The notes under the pieces: model-generated
Databases searched by the model: none
Told to the model about the DNA's origin: nothing
The model's input: the letters and a program-made list of their open reading frames with translations, nothing else
Origin: Epiperipatus broadwayi
Lineage: Eukaryota; Animalia; Onychophora
Assembly: GCA_028023455.1 (NCBI GenBank)
Contig: JAQFVV010000009.1
Location: forward strand, 7,750,001 to 7,814,000
Direction of reading: 5' to 3'
DNA length: 64,000 nucleotides
Program-made: the position numbers and the translations under genes
Shown here: positions 13,468 through 27,129 of the stretch, one piece after another
Layout of the letters: each line of letters begins with the position of its first letter
How positions within the stretch are numbered: the first letter of the stretch is position 1

Positions 13468-16260
13468 TTATTATTATTATTATTATTTTTATGCAATAAA
13501 CTTTATCAATTACAAATTATATACAAGTATATGTACAAGGAGAATTTCTTTTTATATGACAAAAGGGGAATGGCTTATAAAATATAATTATTATGACTAG
13601 GGTTTGAAGGCAGATCCACAATGATTCAATTTTAAAGTATAATTTATATCATTCTAAAATAATAAACAACTAAAAATATATTGTTCTGCCAAATTTTTCT
13701 CATAATATTTCTGAGTATATATTTTAGGACATGTAAATATATATTATACTACTTTTTATTATTATTTTTTTAAACATATTTTTTGTTGTCTAAAATTACA
13801 GAACAGTGAGCAAGTCACATGGTTCTAATAGTGTGAATAATTACTATGTTATTGCATGATTTAAATTTTTTAATATTTTTCTTAAGTAATTCTTTCAGAT
13901 TAATTATTTTCTTGGAATATGAAATGTTTTAATTTAAAGATGAGAAGTACGGACACGTTTCAAAAATGTGTATCATATCTTCTGGATGGCATAAGATACA
14001 TGTGGGATCCAGATTTAATTTAAAACAGTTAATGAGGAAATTTTTGTAAGAATTGTGTTTAAGTAATAAGTTAAACAAAAATTGTAGCCATGATTGAAAA
14101 ACACATGTGGAATTTGGCAATTGGGATGGTTGACCATAGATGTCTGTTAGTATATATAATTTTTTTCAGATTTTTAAATAAAACACCAGTTAAAGATTTG
14201 ATGTTATAATTTTTCAACAGATCTGCATGCTTAATAGCAAGTTCAGTATAAAAAGTAATTTGCATATGGAAATTGAGCAATCAGTATTACAGATGGAGGA
14301 ATGACTTTGAGGATTAGATTAACTGTGGTTGCAATGTACATCTTAGTTCTGATATAGAGCATAAATGGTTGAGAACATATTCAATTGACCATCTCTCTCA
14401 GATGTATGATTTTATTATGGTCATGATATTTTTAACAGTATTCCTTAAAAGATGCATTCATTGATTATAATAATCAAGACTACCACCCAGAATAGCATTA
14501 ACAATACAAACTTTTACTACAGGTAAAGCAATTTTGGGTGAATTGAACTTGTTTATAACCAGATGATTTAGACAATAGTTTAATTGTGTTTTAGATAAGT
14601 TAATTGGAATTCTGAAAAAAGATGAGTTTGTATCTGTGAAAAATAAAGGTATATTGTGTTCTATAGCTATCTGCCACATGAATGACTTACACACTTGTAT
14701 TGTAGATCCTGTTAGGGTTTCAAATTTGTTTAGAATATGAAGAATGAGAAAAATATTTTAAAAGTCTCTGAAAACTAGCAGGACATCATTAACAAAAGAT
14801 ATCACTTTAACAGTAGTACCAAGATGAGGACAAAAAAGGCCTTCTGTACACTGCTCAATCTCTCTGATCTCTATACATATTACAAATAATAGTGAATCAA
14901 GGAGTGAGCCTTGTGGGATATTTGGCTTGGTTTAAAAGTAGAAGAGAGATGCATTGTAACTTTTTAGTTTGATAGATCTATTGGTAAGATAATTTTTATG
15001 GCAGTAATTAGATGTATATGGCTTGGAAGAAGTTTGCTTAATGTGCTAAATAAATATTCCCAGTTCACCAGATCCAAAGCAATCTTAAAATCAACTTGAC
15101 ATGCCACATAATTTGTTAATTTATTACATTTTGCATATAATATTGATTCCTGTGCTAATGGAATAGCTTGAGATGCATGGTGGGTTTTAACTGTATGATA
15201 TGATGAAGAAAGTTTAGGGAGGATAAGATCATTTATTTGTTTAAGAATAATTCTTACAAACATTATTTGATCAAAGTCCTCCTATGTGATGGAATGCAGG
15301 TCATTTACTGATGGATATAAGGCTTTTGAGATTTTACTAAGGCAGAAAATTACATTAGTGGGTAGATTAGACATGTAATATTCATATGAACAAAGTTGAT
15401 TATAATACTTATATAGAATGGGAGAAATAATATAATTTAGATGCTTATAAATATTAGCTGGAATAAAACTATTTGCTAGTGAGGTGCATGATGGTAAGTG
15501 CATAATTTCATCAAGAATTTGTTGCTTTGAGATGTAATAATTTTGAATAAGATACGTGTTACAGTTAGTAGAAGATAGATGATAATCGACTGCTTTTAGA
15601 GTATTTTTTTAAGTGATTAAGAAGTTCAGTATTGTTGCCTGTCACAGGTGTATTTTTTTTCAGTATAATTGGAATACCATAGGCATAAGGGTGAGTTGAT
15701 TTTATATAATTTACTGTAGTTTTTTGTTAGTGTTGAAAGATTAGGGATTCATTTTGCATCTTATGAATAAGGAGTTTTGCATCATTGAATTTTGTTATAG
15801 CTTGAATAGCTGAATTGATGTCATCAACGTATTGTTTTATAAGATTATTTAAATGACAATCTGTTAATTGATCAGAACAATAATTATTTAGAAGTCTTTT
15901 TAATAGTGTCCATATTTTAATCAAAGAGAGATTCTGCAGCTGATAAAACTAATTACTGGTAATTAGGATATTAGAGATATCATCAGTAATTAATTTAAAT
16001 TCACTAGGAATTTGCCACATGAATGTAAATTTATAAATTGTTTATTTATTTTGAAGGATACTCCATGTAAGAGTCACACAAATATGGTCAGAAAATGAAA
16101 CATTAGACAGGGGAATTGAAATTTTGAAGTCAATATGAGAAACAAAAAAAAGGTCAATGAGAGAAGATCCTTAACCTCCAATAAATGACACAGTATTTGG
16201 AGGATAGAGTGATAATTATGGTAGCATTACTGTATCTGGCAACCGTCATATTAAATAATT
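13468..16260 (-). mobile_element. 5'-truncated, decayed L1/Tx1-type LINE (APE C-terminus, RT, C-terminal Cys/His motif)
   Basis: Minus strand: SSLIDLFFVSH...FSDHICV (APE, about 16060-16190); ACQVDFKIALDLVNWEYL (ORF 14964-15263); NIPQGSLLDSLF (about 14890-14925); ISFVNDV (decayed YxDD, about 14790); CILCHPEDMIHIFETC (ORF 13929-14120). Ends in an (AAT)n tail at 13468-13487. Confidence 0.88.
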
Positions 16261-16616
16261 GTATAATTAAAACATCTACATTTTAAAGTAAATTATATTT
16301 TATTTGCACAAAAAAATATGGTTTATATACATATAATTGAATTGTACAGTATGAAATTCAGGAATTAGAATAGCTGTTGAGAAGATAAAACTTTAAAATG
16401 GTGGACTCTGGAGTTTAAGATCCATGAACCATGGCTTCTTCTCTGTCACTTCCAGTTCTTGAATATTTATAAATCCCTACACAATAAACCATTTGTAATT
16501 CAATACAGAATGTAGTTTTTTATAAAGGAAAGATTAATATTACAAATTATCAACAGTTTAGCATTGCTTTCAAGGTGGCAGGTTATATTCATAGCATTTT
16601 TTTGTCCTGAATGTTT

Positions 16617-16675
16617 ACTGCAGTGGTAGAGAGATGGGCCCTAGATTCCAAGGTCCTTGGATCACAGCTCCATCT
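16617..16675 (+). mobile_element. Decayed tRNA-derived SINE-like head
   Basis: CAGTGGTAGAGAG...CTAGATTCCAAGGTCCTTGGATCA resembles a pol III A-box followed by a tRNA arm and decayed B-box. Short and degenerate. Confidence 0.3.
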
Positions 16676-18155
16676 CTTTTACTCCCAATGCTCAAAGTTT
16701 TTATGAATTCTCAAGCAATAAATCATCAATTTTTTTTTAAAAATGTTTATTATTTTGATTTTATTACAATTTATTCATGAATCTACTAAAAAGGAAGATT
16801 TTCATTTTTAGTTTCAGTGCAAAAGCTGATATAATATTATTTTTTGTCTCTTCTGATAGATTTTTGAATTTTCTAACCAATTCCCATAAAATATCTTTAT
16901 TTCATTAAATTTTATCTTTTCTTTATTCATTGCATATTAACTTTATTTACTGATATTTATTTTAATTTTATTGTATTATTAATATTTTAGAAAAATAATA
17001 GTATGTGATAAAGCAAAATTCTCACAGGTAGACTGGAGCAGTCAAGTAAAAATTTGGTTTGATATGTACCATCTCATACTTTCACTAAAATGTAACTAAT
17101 GTCTATAATTAGCATAATTGAAAATACTTTAAATATGTATTTGCTTTACTGCTTGAAATATTTAAATTATAATCTTGACCTGCACAAATGCCTTGTATGG
17201 TTTAGTGTATTATAGCAGACTGGGAACTCCTAACATAAGTCTCATGGATCACAGCTTAAGTCCTGTCACTGCTTAAATTTCTTATGATTTTTTTTAACTA
17301 TTCATTTATTTTTATAATATCTTAAATGTAAAGTTTATAAGATGGACTTATGCAATTCTAAGTTAGTCATAGATGAAAATTGAATATTATAACCAGAAAT
17401 TAATTTGGCATCTGTTTTCCATTGGTTATGTAGATAATTCTAGTCTAGATTGATGTAAAATGGATTACTAATAATTATTACAAATGTTAAGTGTAAATTA
17501 TGTGACACTTTGCTTTAAAAATATTTTTACTTGTGTTATTGAACTCACGTTTTAAGTTTTAAATATGGAAGGAAGGTGTCGACTGTTTTTTCTTCTTTCA
17601 GACACTGACTTTTTGTTTAATTAAAAAAAAAATGTTTTTTTTAAAAAAGAATGATTAATAAAAACAAAAGTTGAATTCAATAACAGTTTAAAAGTGTATA
17701 GAAAATCAAAGTTGAAATAATTATTGGTAATTTATGAAACACAATTTATTCTGAAATTGATTGTGATTTTTTTTATTGATTAGTTGGATTTATCAAATGC
17801 TCAGGGTTCATAAATAATTTGACTAACGAAATTGCCAGAAATTGCCTGTGGTCATTGGACCTTCATTTCCATTAATTGTCATTCTATCTCTACATTAATT
17901 GAAGTGATGGGTGAAAGTAAGACTTCTATTAATCACTACATAATATTTTTAAACAGTATCAGTTTATAAAATTCCATTGACATTTGTAAACACCACCAAT
18001 CTTTAAATTGTTGTATAATCTTAATTGTCCAAACAGTAATATTTTAATATACGTATTATTGTAAATACAATAAATTGGAAAATATATATATTTACTGTTA
18101 TTTATGCATACTTACCAACAAGCATGATAAATTTGATAAATAATGATTATATCTT

Positions 18156-18722
18156 TAGATATGATGTGTTGGACTATTTCTATCATCTTAAGTGAATGTT
18201 GAATGTATAGAAAACATTTTTAAACTTTATTTAAACTTTTCAAATACAAACAACTTGTTAGTAATAACACACAAATAGATAACACAGGTTAGTAATTACA
18301 CAACATTTTGGAGTAGTAGTATTCTCCACTCTTCTTCAGGTGTTGCTGGCCTTATATACACAGTAACAGTATTTGCATAGAAGTCAAACTCACACCTTTA
18401 GATTCTTGACTATCAAATTTAAGACAAATGCTCTAACCAACTGAGTGTTTGCATTAAATTCGATATTCAATAATCTAAAGGTGCAAATTTGCCTTCTATG
18501 AGAATACTGTCACTGTGCATATCAGGCCAGCAACACCTGAAAAAGAGTGGAGAATAATACTACTTAAAATGTTGTGTAATTACTAACCTGTGTTGTCTAT
18601 TTGTGTGTTATTACTAACATGTTTTGTTTGTATGTGAAAAGTTTAAATAATGTTTACAATTTTTTTCTATACATTCAACATTCACTCATAGATGATGGAA
18701 ATAGTCCAACATATCACATCTA
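18156..18722. repeat. ~255 bp inverted repeat (arms 18156-18409 and 18467-18722), each arm carrying a decayed hammerhead-like motif
   Basis: The arms are reverse complements with scattered mismatches. Each has CAACAC-CTGAA(G/A)A-AGAGT...ACT(C)-CAAAATGTTGTG, consistent with CpG-decayed CGAAACGTTG. The spacer holds a tRNA A-box-like CTCAGTTGGTTAGAGC on the minus strand (18430-18445). Confidence 0.85.
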
Positions 18723-21003
18723 ATAATATACCATCATCACAAACCTTCAGGAAAATGATTATATCTGATCAATTTATTATACTTACCAGTAATTATGAAT
18801 AATTCCCATTGTCTATTGTAAATAATGTTTATATTCAAAATTAAAATTTTTACATTTGAATTACCAAATAATAATAATAATTGTGAACAGATAAGTTCAG
18901 ATATATATCAGATTGTATTTTTAGAACTATTTTTTTATATTTATAACAGTGAAAGATAAATAAAAGGAAGGAGGGAAACATATACATATTAATAATATTA
19001 TTATTTTATTAATAAAGACAAATTCAGACTGATTTTAAAAGTATATGTTTAAAATATTCAACCAAATCAAAAGATTTTGAAAGAAAAAATATAATTTGTT
19101 AAATTTCCAGGACAAAGAATGAAAACATAAATTTTTATAAATTACTTTTAATTATAATTAAATGCACAGGTAAGAATAACAAAATTAAACTTATCATGCG
19201 TATTGAAAAGAATGCATAATTACCGGTTAGTATATTTATGATAACAATATAATTTACAACTGCAGGTTTTATTAGTAATTCTTAATCAGAAGGTAATCAG
19301 CCTTTGACATGTACTGTTTAATCATGTTACTAACTCACCAATGTTTTAATGAGTATGCAGGGCACTCTCAAACTCAAATGCAAGATAGATATTTTTAAAA
19401 GATAAGAATGGCTGCTTTTGCAAAATAAATATTTTAATATACTTATTAATTTGAATTCTTAAATTCATTTTCCATGCAATACAACCTCTTCAAATGGCTA
19501 ATGCTAGAATAACAAGACCATTACATGTATTACAAGAAATAAGATAATTTGTATATATTTGCACATGCTCTAAAATATTCTCAAATAAATTCTGTTGGAT
19601 TTTCAGTTCATCATTGAATCTGCACTATTAATAATCATATCTTTTTTATTTTTCATTATTTTCTATCATCCTATTTATTTCAAACTATCCTTACATTCTT
19701 ATTGTCATAGTCATGATCTCATATTCTTTTATGATTCAAAAAAATAAGACAACATGATACACATCCTGCATTACTTTAAAAAATCTGAGTGTTCAATTAG
19801 ATGCGGATTGGGCAAGTGCAAATAAATCCAAGTTATGATATTTTTTATAATACATTTAACAATCTGATATATTATTACATTGCTATTTGAAAAGGCTGCT
19901 TTGCATTGAAAATTAACTTAAGAATGTAATTAATAAACATAATGACTTTTCCCCCTTTAAAAAGCATTTATATTACCCACACTAAATTATTCCAGTATAG
20001 TTGTTGAGATTAATTTATATATTATATATAATACAAATTTTGTTTTTAATTTTAGGAATTATTTATAGCTTTTTTAATTTTTTTAATATTTTAGATAGCT
20101 TATGGCCTTCTTGTGTTCAGTATGTTATGTAAATCTATTCACATTCTAAGGTAAGATAATCTTTGCTGCTATAAAAAATTAATACAAATTTCCCAGTCAT
20201 CAATAAATCTTAATTCAAAAATTTTATGGCACTAAATTTGTTTTTCTTTGTCAATGCATCAAAACAAAGTATGAGATGATTTTTGTAAGTAGAATTAGTA
20301 AGTTATCAGTAATGTTGTTCTTGATTCTAACCAATTTGGTGTTAATAATCACTAAAAAACAACATATTTTTTGATTAATTAGATTTTTTTTTGTAAAAGA
20401 ACCACTTACCAAGTAATAAGAATTAGAATATGTTCTCACTATATTCTATTATTTAATGTTTATTTAATTAATGATTATGCAGAATTTAATAGAATGGCAA
20501 GAGAGGGGTTTTTGTTACCTACTTGTTCTCTATGTCATTCATTGTCATACATGTGATCTGCAATTATTCATAAGAGAACATTTTTAGGATGTGCCACATG
20601 TTAGATTTCATTCACAAGACATTTTATCATTGATTTAATTGAATTTTTTTTATGGTGTACACTTTGAGACACCTTCTTTGATCATGTTGATCTGTCCTTT
20701 TTTTCTACAAATGTCCAACATATATCAATTATATAAAACAGTCAAAAAACATTTAAAATAAGAAAAGGTTGGTCTATCGGTGACAAATTGTTCAATTTTT
20801 TCAGATACTTTTTTAAAATTTATATTACAAATCTGTTAAGTCTTGAGATACATGTGTTATAATACAAATAATTAACATTTTACTAAAATAGATATATAAT
20901 AAAACATTATTTATTTACAAACTGTATAAGATATTTACAATTACCATGAGGAATAAACTCTCTGAAGTGACTAATCATAATATAGCCATAGTAAAGAAGA
21001 GAC

Positions 21004-21526
21004 AATTCAAAATACAGCAAAACTCTCCTTATAGTAGTGCCATCTTGTGCTAACAAGAGCAATCAATGGATGCCAGAAGGTTTGTGCATAAAATCCCTAT
21101 CTAGTGCCTACTCATCCAATATCCCCAGACTAGTTTCTGGCTTTTGGCCTTCATCAGTGAGGAGCCTTGGATCTGAGAGCACTGCACCTAGATCTTAGGA
21201 TCTAATGCAACCCTCCAGCACCCACCTTTTAACTCTATTTAACTACAAAACTATGAGAATGAAATTGAAAACACTATTAATATTTTCAATCCGAGCTCAA
21301 TAGCTTATATAGTCATATGGGTCTGAACTCAATTCAGAAACTAGTCTGGGGATATTGGATGAGTAGGCATTAGATAGGGATTTTATGTACAAGCCTTCTG
21401 GCATCCATTGATTGCTCTTGTTAGCACAAGATGGCACTACTATATGGAGAGTTTTGCTGTATTTTGAATTGTTTATAACAATTATTGTGCTAGTATGAGA
21501 TAGTGATCATGTGATGTTTAGTGGTT
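21004..21526. mobile_element. Hammerhead retrozyme-like insertion, locus 1 (minus-sense 21004-21335, plus-sense 21336-21526)
   Basis: Homologous to the monomer at the other loci. Flanked by a perfect 12 bp direct repeat TAAAGAAGAGAC (20992-21003 and 21527-21538). Contains near-perfect inverted arms of about 137 bp. Confidence 0.88.
21114..21172 (-). ncRNA. Type I hammerhead ribozyme, copy A (core intact)
   Basis: AUCCAA-GGC-UCCUCA CUGAUGA AGGC-CAAAA-GCCA GAAA CUAG UC| UGGGGA-UA-UUGGAU. Stem I is 6+6 bp around an internal loop. Predicted cleavage between 21128 and 21127. Confidence 0.88.
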
Positions 21527-24125
21527 TAAAGAAGAGACCCAAATTCATATCCAACTCAGTCATCATTTCGTCAGTAAATAGATATATACATTTTCTTAGC
21601 TCGAAAATAAATCAAAGGTAGTTAAATCATTGTGATAAATGAAATGTTTATATATATAGTCAATAATATTTTAAATTCACAAAGTAACACACATTAAATA
21701 TTTAAAAAAATCTAAATAATTACACAATTATATGACTGTTTCCTACATTCTAGTTCAATGAAGCATTAATCAAAGATAACATTCATTTGTTTAAAAGGAA
21801 AAGTTGGCTATCATTTTTTATTTGAAGGCCTTATTAAAATTGAAATTTATCTTAAGAGCAATACTGAATGATCTGGGCGGGGGGGGGGTTTAGAGTGTAG
21901 TTATTTTACAAAAGAAAGTTGGATTAAAAAGGAAATAATATGAATAATGATTAATTGTTTGTAAAAATACTCTCTTGGCTGGATGACTAAATCTGCCTTT
22001 GAGCAAATTTCTTTTTAATCAAAAAATAGTATAAAACAATTATAGTAATTTCGACATAGTCACAACGTGGTAAAACCATAACTCAGATCCAATCCAGTTA
22101 TCATCTCATGATGATCATTAAGATAGATAAGAATAGTACTAAAACTCTTATTCATAAGGCTGGTGAATAATACTTTATATCATTATTTTAGTTTTAACGG
22201 ATTTCTCCTTACTTGCATTTCTTTTCTAATTCTATTTGTAAAAACAATAACTGGATTAGACTTTTTTTAATACTTCTTTTAATTAAAATAACAATCAAAT
22301 TCATTATTATTCAGCTCCGAAACCAACTTTCTCCTTTACTAAATATTATTCATTTTATAGCTGATGTTTTAATTTATTAATGTATGCACATTATTCCGTA
22401 TAAACATATATATACCGATACTATCATATTTTCTTTTCCATTAAATTAGCAATCCATATTGACTGATATACATCCCAAAAATGCTATGAAAAATATTTTC
22501 AGACGTTTAATTACGTTCCTGGGCATCAGATATATCTACATGCTATAGCCTTAATTTTAATCCTACATGGTTATCCCTTGTTCAGGAGTTCCAATAGTCA
22601 TTCATTGCTTTTGGATATTATTAGAATGCAGTATCCCATTGTAACAGTCATATTTGAACATTCACGCAACAAAATCCAGAGTTTTGGTAAATTATACTAA
22701 GGCTGATCTAGATGAGGGTTGAGACCAAATCCGACCACACCTCAGCTCCTTCACCAACCCTCCCTGACTTACTACCTTATGAATGACATATATGAGGTCA
22801 CACTTGTATTCTCTTAATTTCCACGCTGGCGGTATCAAAGGGTAAAACGAGAGACTCGGGAATACTTAACTAAATACTTTATAGCTTAACCAAACACACT
22901 CACACAACTTATGGCTGATTATCTAATGCATGTATTAATAATTACGGATGATGATTTACTATAAATAAAGGGAATAATACTGCAGATGTTAATATGTTTT
23001 AAAATTATTTAATATTGACAAAACACAAACAATAACAATTAAATATACTGCATATTCCACTCGCAGGTGGGATGGTGAAAATACGAACTACACGTTCTGT
23101 AATCAATTGTACTTAACGATCATCATTTATTATAGCGTTTATACATTTAATTTATTTTTACATCTACACTGATGCCTAAATTATGATCTGCCATTCCTAC
23201 TCAGTTTGTTAAAGGTTAAATTTTAAGAGAGTGTACTATGTGTACTTAAATTTATTATTACGTGATGAGCAGTCAATGTGCTCTTTATGTAGATATTATT
23301 AGACAAACTAGATCGGAGGTTCAGATCAATGCTGAAGCAGATGAACTGGCATTTTGTAGCATAGCTTCTGAGGCTACGGTGCTATGCAAATTACATCAGA
23401 GATGCGGCTTGAATGTGCCTTTACTCATGAGATTCAGTAAACGTTTACTTGGTTCTCAGATACATACCGGGCGCTTGCTATATGTGAACTTTTAGTTCGG
23501 ATGATCGTACAGCCATAATATAAGATGCTGGATTTCGGTGTTCCAGTTCTGAAGGAGGTAATGGTAATGACCCTTAAAATCATTATCCCATTCAAGAGAG
23601 AGGGCTGTCCAAACTAGGGATGATAAGATAGTCCTTAAAACCTAATCTTATCTTAATAATTATATGATAGCAAGGCAGAATGCACCTCAGTGCTTCGTAA
23701 AAACTCATTCACAATGCTTTCTAAGTCTTAATTATTACAATTAGTAAAGCGCGAAATCTATAGTTTCTTCAGCAACTACCCTATGCCAGTTAGTTAAATA
23801 AACACTGAAATTGTGCTAAAGAGGACTTTATTAAAATGATCTAGATTATTAATTGACTACATATTCTATGAAAATACATTAATGGGGTCTAAAGCATATC
23901 TGGGACTTAAACTGGGCTAACTACTGAATATGCCTTAAATTATCACTCTCTCGTATTTAACTAAACAGACCTTTTAATAAGCAACATATATGTGATATTA
24001 AGCTAAACATAGCAGCTCGATTAATATATCAAAGTAGGTTTCAGAACAACAGCATACATTAATTTACTTGAGAACAAAAATGTCTCTTTAAGTTTATAAT
24101 AATTAATAATCTCTGCTCTGAAGGC

Positions 24126-24261
24126 ATAGCACAAATCAATAAATGCATTTTAACAATATATATATATATAAATGCAAAAGTATAGACATAAATAGCACAA
24201 ATCAATAAATGCATTTTAACAATATATATATATATAAATGCAAAAGTATAGACATAAATAG
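24126..24261. repeat. Tandem duplication, 66 bp x2
   Basis: atagcacaaatcaataaatgc...gacataa starts at 24126 and again at 24192. Confidence 0.95.
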
Positions 24262-24436
24262 AGAAAATAATAAGGCAGTAATATTCTTTATAATTGAATT
24301 TAAAAAGATTTAAGAATTTGAGATCAGGCAAGATTTACATTTTAACTTTTAAAGTATTTTAAAATTATACAGATTGAGATACGTTTATCTAATACAGTTA
24401 ATTAATTTAAGAGAGAATACACTTTTTAACATAGTT

Positions 24437-24517
24437 TGATTAATTTATAAGATTTGAATTTAAGAGTTTGTGCACAATGATTAATTTATAAGATTTGAAT
24501 TTAAGAGTTTGTGCACA
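24437..24517. repeat. Tandem duplication, 41 bp x2
   Basis: tgattaatttataagatttgaatttaagagtttgtgcaca starts at 24437 and again at 24478. Confidence 0.95.
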
Positions 24518-26285
24518 TTATTTATATTATATAGCTAGCTTTAGGAAAGAATTATAGATTGCTATAGCTTTTAGATTTAGCTTGGTTGAAAAATTGTTAC
24601 CGATTATTTACTCTGAAGGTTTGCAGTTTTACAGTATGAAACACACATGCATGGACTGATTTATCTGAGCTGGTTCATCTATGGGCTATTCTTTCAGTAG
24701 GGCTATGATTTGGGTCTCCGGTCTCCATAAATGGTTCTTGGCCACTGGGAAGGTGGCCTTTGCTTTTCTAGCCACTTATTTTCATGATAAAAACTGGGCA
24801 AACTGCCTGGGTATAAGTTGACACATGAGTAAAGCAAAATGGATTTACGATTTCTTTTCAACTGGCCTTTTTATATTTCTTTAACCCCCCCTTCTTATAG
24901 CTCATTCACAATCTTTATTTTTAGACTTTAAAACTTAAGAAGTCCTAATTGCATCAACTTCAAATGAATAAGTTAGATTGATTTCAGGCTTAATGTTTAT
25001 TAATTGTTTCTTTTTTATTTCACAAGGTTCAAGTTCAGCTGGATTTTATTGCAGGTTTAATTGTCCAATTTTTAATTTATAAGAATCATAAAATCTAGAT
25101 TTATGCAAGTGGTATGTCATAAGATTTACAAAGTTATTTTTCTTTAAACAGTGGATTTCCTTTTTTTTCTTGAAAGAGATTTAAGCTGCTAACATTTTAA
25201 CATACACCTGAATAAACTACATTTGTTTTTAATTGCTATACGTGATTAAGTAATTTAGTAATTGGATAACTTCAAAGATGGTTCGAAATAATTTAGGGAA
25301 CTCTGTTCTTATATAATACAATTTCCACAGCTTAAAACCAATTTAATAATTTAAAATCATAAGATAAATATTTATGAAATTATAAGGTGTGTACATTATA
25401 TAATGATAATATCAATCAGATGTGAATATACAATTTTTAGCAAATAAAAATATTACAAAATGTATATACAATCATAGCAGATGTGTGTGCATATACAATT
25501 ACACACCTATACGCATAAATATACGCTTTTATGTATATTAAATTCCCAAGTATATTGTTATATATATGTGTACCTCTAGGATTTGAATTAGGGAAATGAA
25601 GACTACTATTTATATAGTAAGTGAAACGTATGATGACCAAATCATACTGTTTCACCATCAAAGTTGCAATTTTTACTCATTGATACTTTTTTGTATACAT
25701 TTCAGAGTGCTATAAGAAGTATTTTCAGTTACTTATTGGCCAACCTTTCTTAAATAACTGATAAACTTAATCATTTTTTGTTCAACTAACTTTTGTATCA
25801 CCATTTAAAATTTTCAAGTGCAGGTAATTAAGGTAATTTACTTTTACCTCTTATAGATGTGGTTCTGTCTTGTCAGAAAATTATTTGCATGCTGTATTTG
25901 ATTTCCTTTCTTCTACTTAAGCTCATACTGATATGCTAAATGGTATATATATCCTCTGAGCTTGCATGAATTTAGATGTTTTGGTATTGATTTATTTTCT
26001 TATAACAATCATAATAAGCATTTGTTGTCTGGTATTACTTTTAAATAGATAACCATATAAATACTAATGTAATTTTTTATCACCAAATAATATGGCCAAG
26101 TCTTTTTAATGTGTAGCTTTAATTACCTTCTTTTTTCATCACATGATCACCATTTTTTATGCTTGTTCATAACTGTTATTAAAACAGGCAAAACTCTCCA
26201 TATAGTAATATCACTCAGTGCAAGCCAGAGCAAATCAATGGTTTCCAGAAGGCTTGTGCATAAAATCCCTATCTAGTGCATACTC

Positions 26286-26344
26286 ATCCAATATTGCCAG
26301 ACTAGTTTCTAGCTTGTGACTTTCATCAATGAGTAGCCTCGGAT
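26286..26344 (-). ncRNA. Type I hammerhead ribozyme, copy B (C3U core variant)
   Basis: AUCCGAGGCUACUCA UUGAUGA AAGU-CACAA-GCUA GAAA CUAG UC UGGCAAUAUUGGAU. Confidence 0.75.
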
Positions 26345-26618
26345 CTGAAAATACTGCACCTAGATCTTAGGATCTAATGCAACCCTCCAGCAGCCACCTT
26401 TTATCTCTACTTAACTATAAAACTGTGAGTCTAAAATTGAAAACACAATAATATTTTCAATCCAAGCTTATTAGTTTATGTAGTCATATAGGTCTGAACT
26501 CTGTTCATTACCCATACATTTTGGTGACTTTGGTTCTTTAATAACCATAGACACCACAAATGCTATTAGGCAGGATTGGTATTAAACCACTAAACATCAC
26601 ATGATCACCATTTCTCAG

Positions 26619-26677
26619 ATCCAAGGCTCCTCATTGATGAAAACTACAAGCTAGAAACTAGTCTGGAGATATTTGAT
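26619..26677 (+). ncRNA. Type I hammerhead ribozyme, copy C (C3U core variant)
   Basis: AUCCAAGGCUCCUCA UUGAUGA AAAC-UACAA-GCUA GAAA CUAG UC UGGAGAUAUUUGAU. Confidence 0.75.
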
Positions 26678-27070
26678 GAGTAGGCACTAGAAAGAGATTT
26701 TATGCACAAGATATCTGGCATCCATTGACTGCTCTGGCTTGCACTGAGTGGCACTACTGTGTGGAGAGTTTTTCCTGTTTTAATAAGTTATGAGCAAGCA
26801 TAGCAAATGGTGATCATGTGATGTTTAGTGATTTAGTACCAATTGCTGCATAACAGGATAATGGTGTCTATGGCTATTAAAGAACAAAAGTCACTAAAAT
26901 GTATGGGTACTGAACTGAGTTCAAACCTGTTTGCCTATATAAGCTAATGATCTTGTATTAAAAATATTATTTTTTTAATTTTAGACTCATGGTTTTGTAG
27001 TTGAGTAGAGATAAAAGATGGCTGCTGGAGGGTTGCATTAGATCTTAAGATCTAGGTTCAGTGCTCTCAG

Positions 27071-27129
27071 AACCAAGTCTCCTCATTTATGAAATCCACA
27101 AGCTAGCAACTAGTTTAGGGATATTGGAT
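27071..27129 (+). ncRNA. Hammerhead ribozyme, copy D (decayed, probably inactive)
   Basis: Positionally homologous to the other copies, but the core reads UUUAUGA...GCAA-CUAG-UU. Confidence 0.6.

Noticed and set aside
21004-21526. MITE/foldback or Helitron interpretation of the retrozyme loci
   Set aside because: The inverted arms differ in position between loci and so are not fixed TIRs. TSDs are 11-12 bp and variable, and no TC...CTRR termini are seen.
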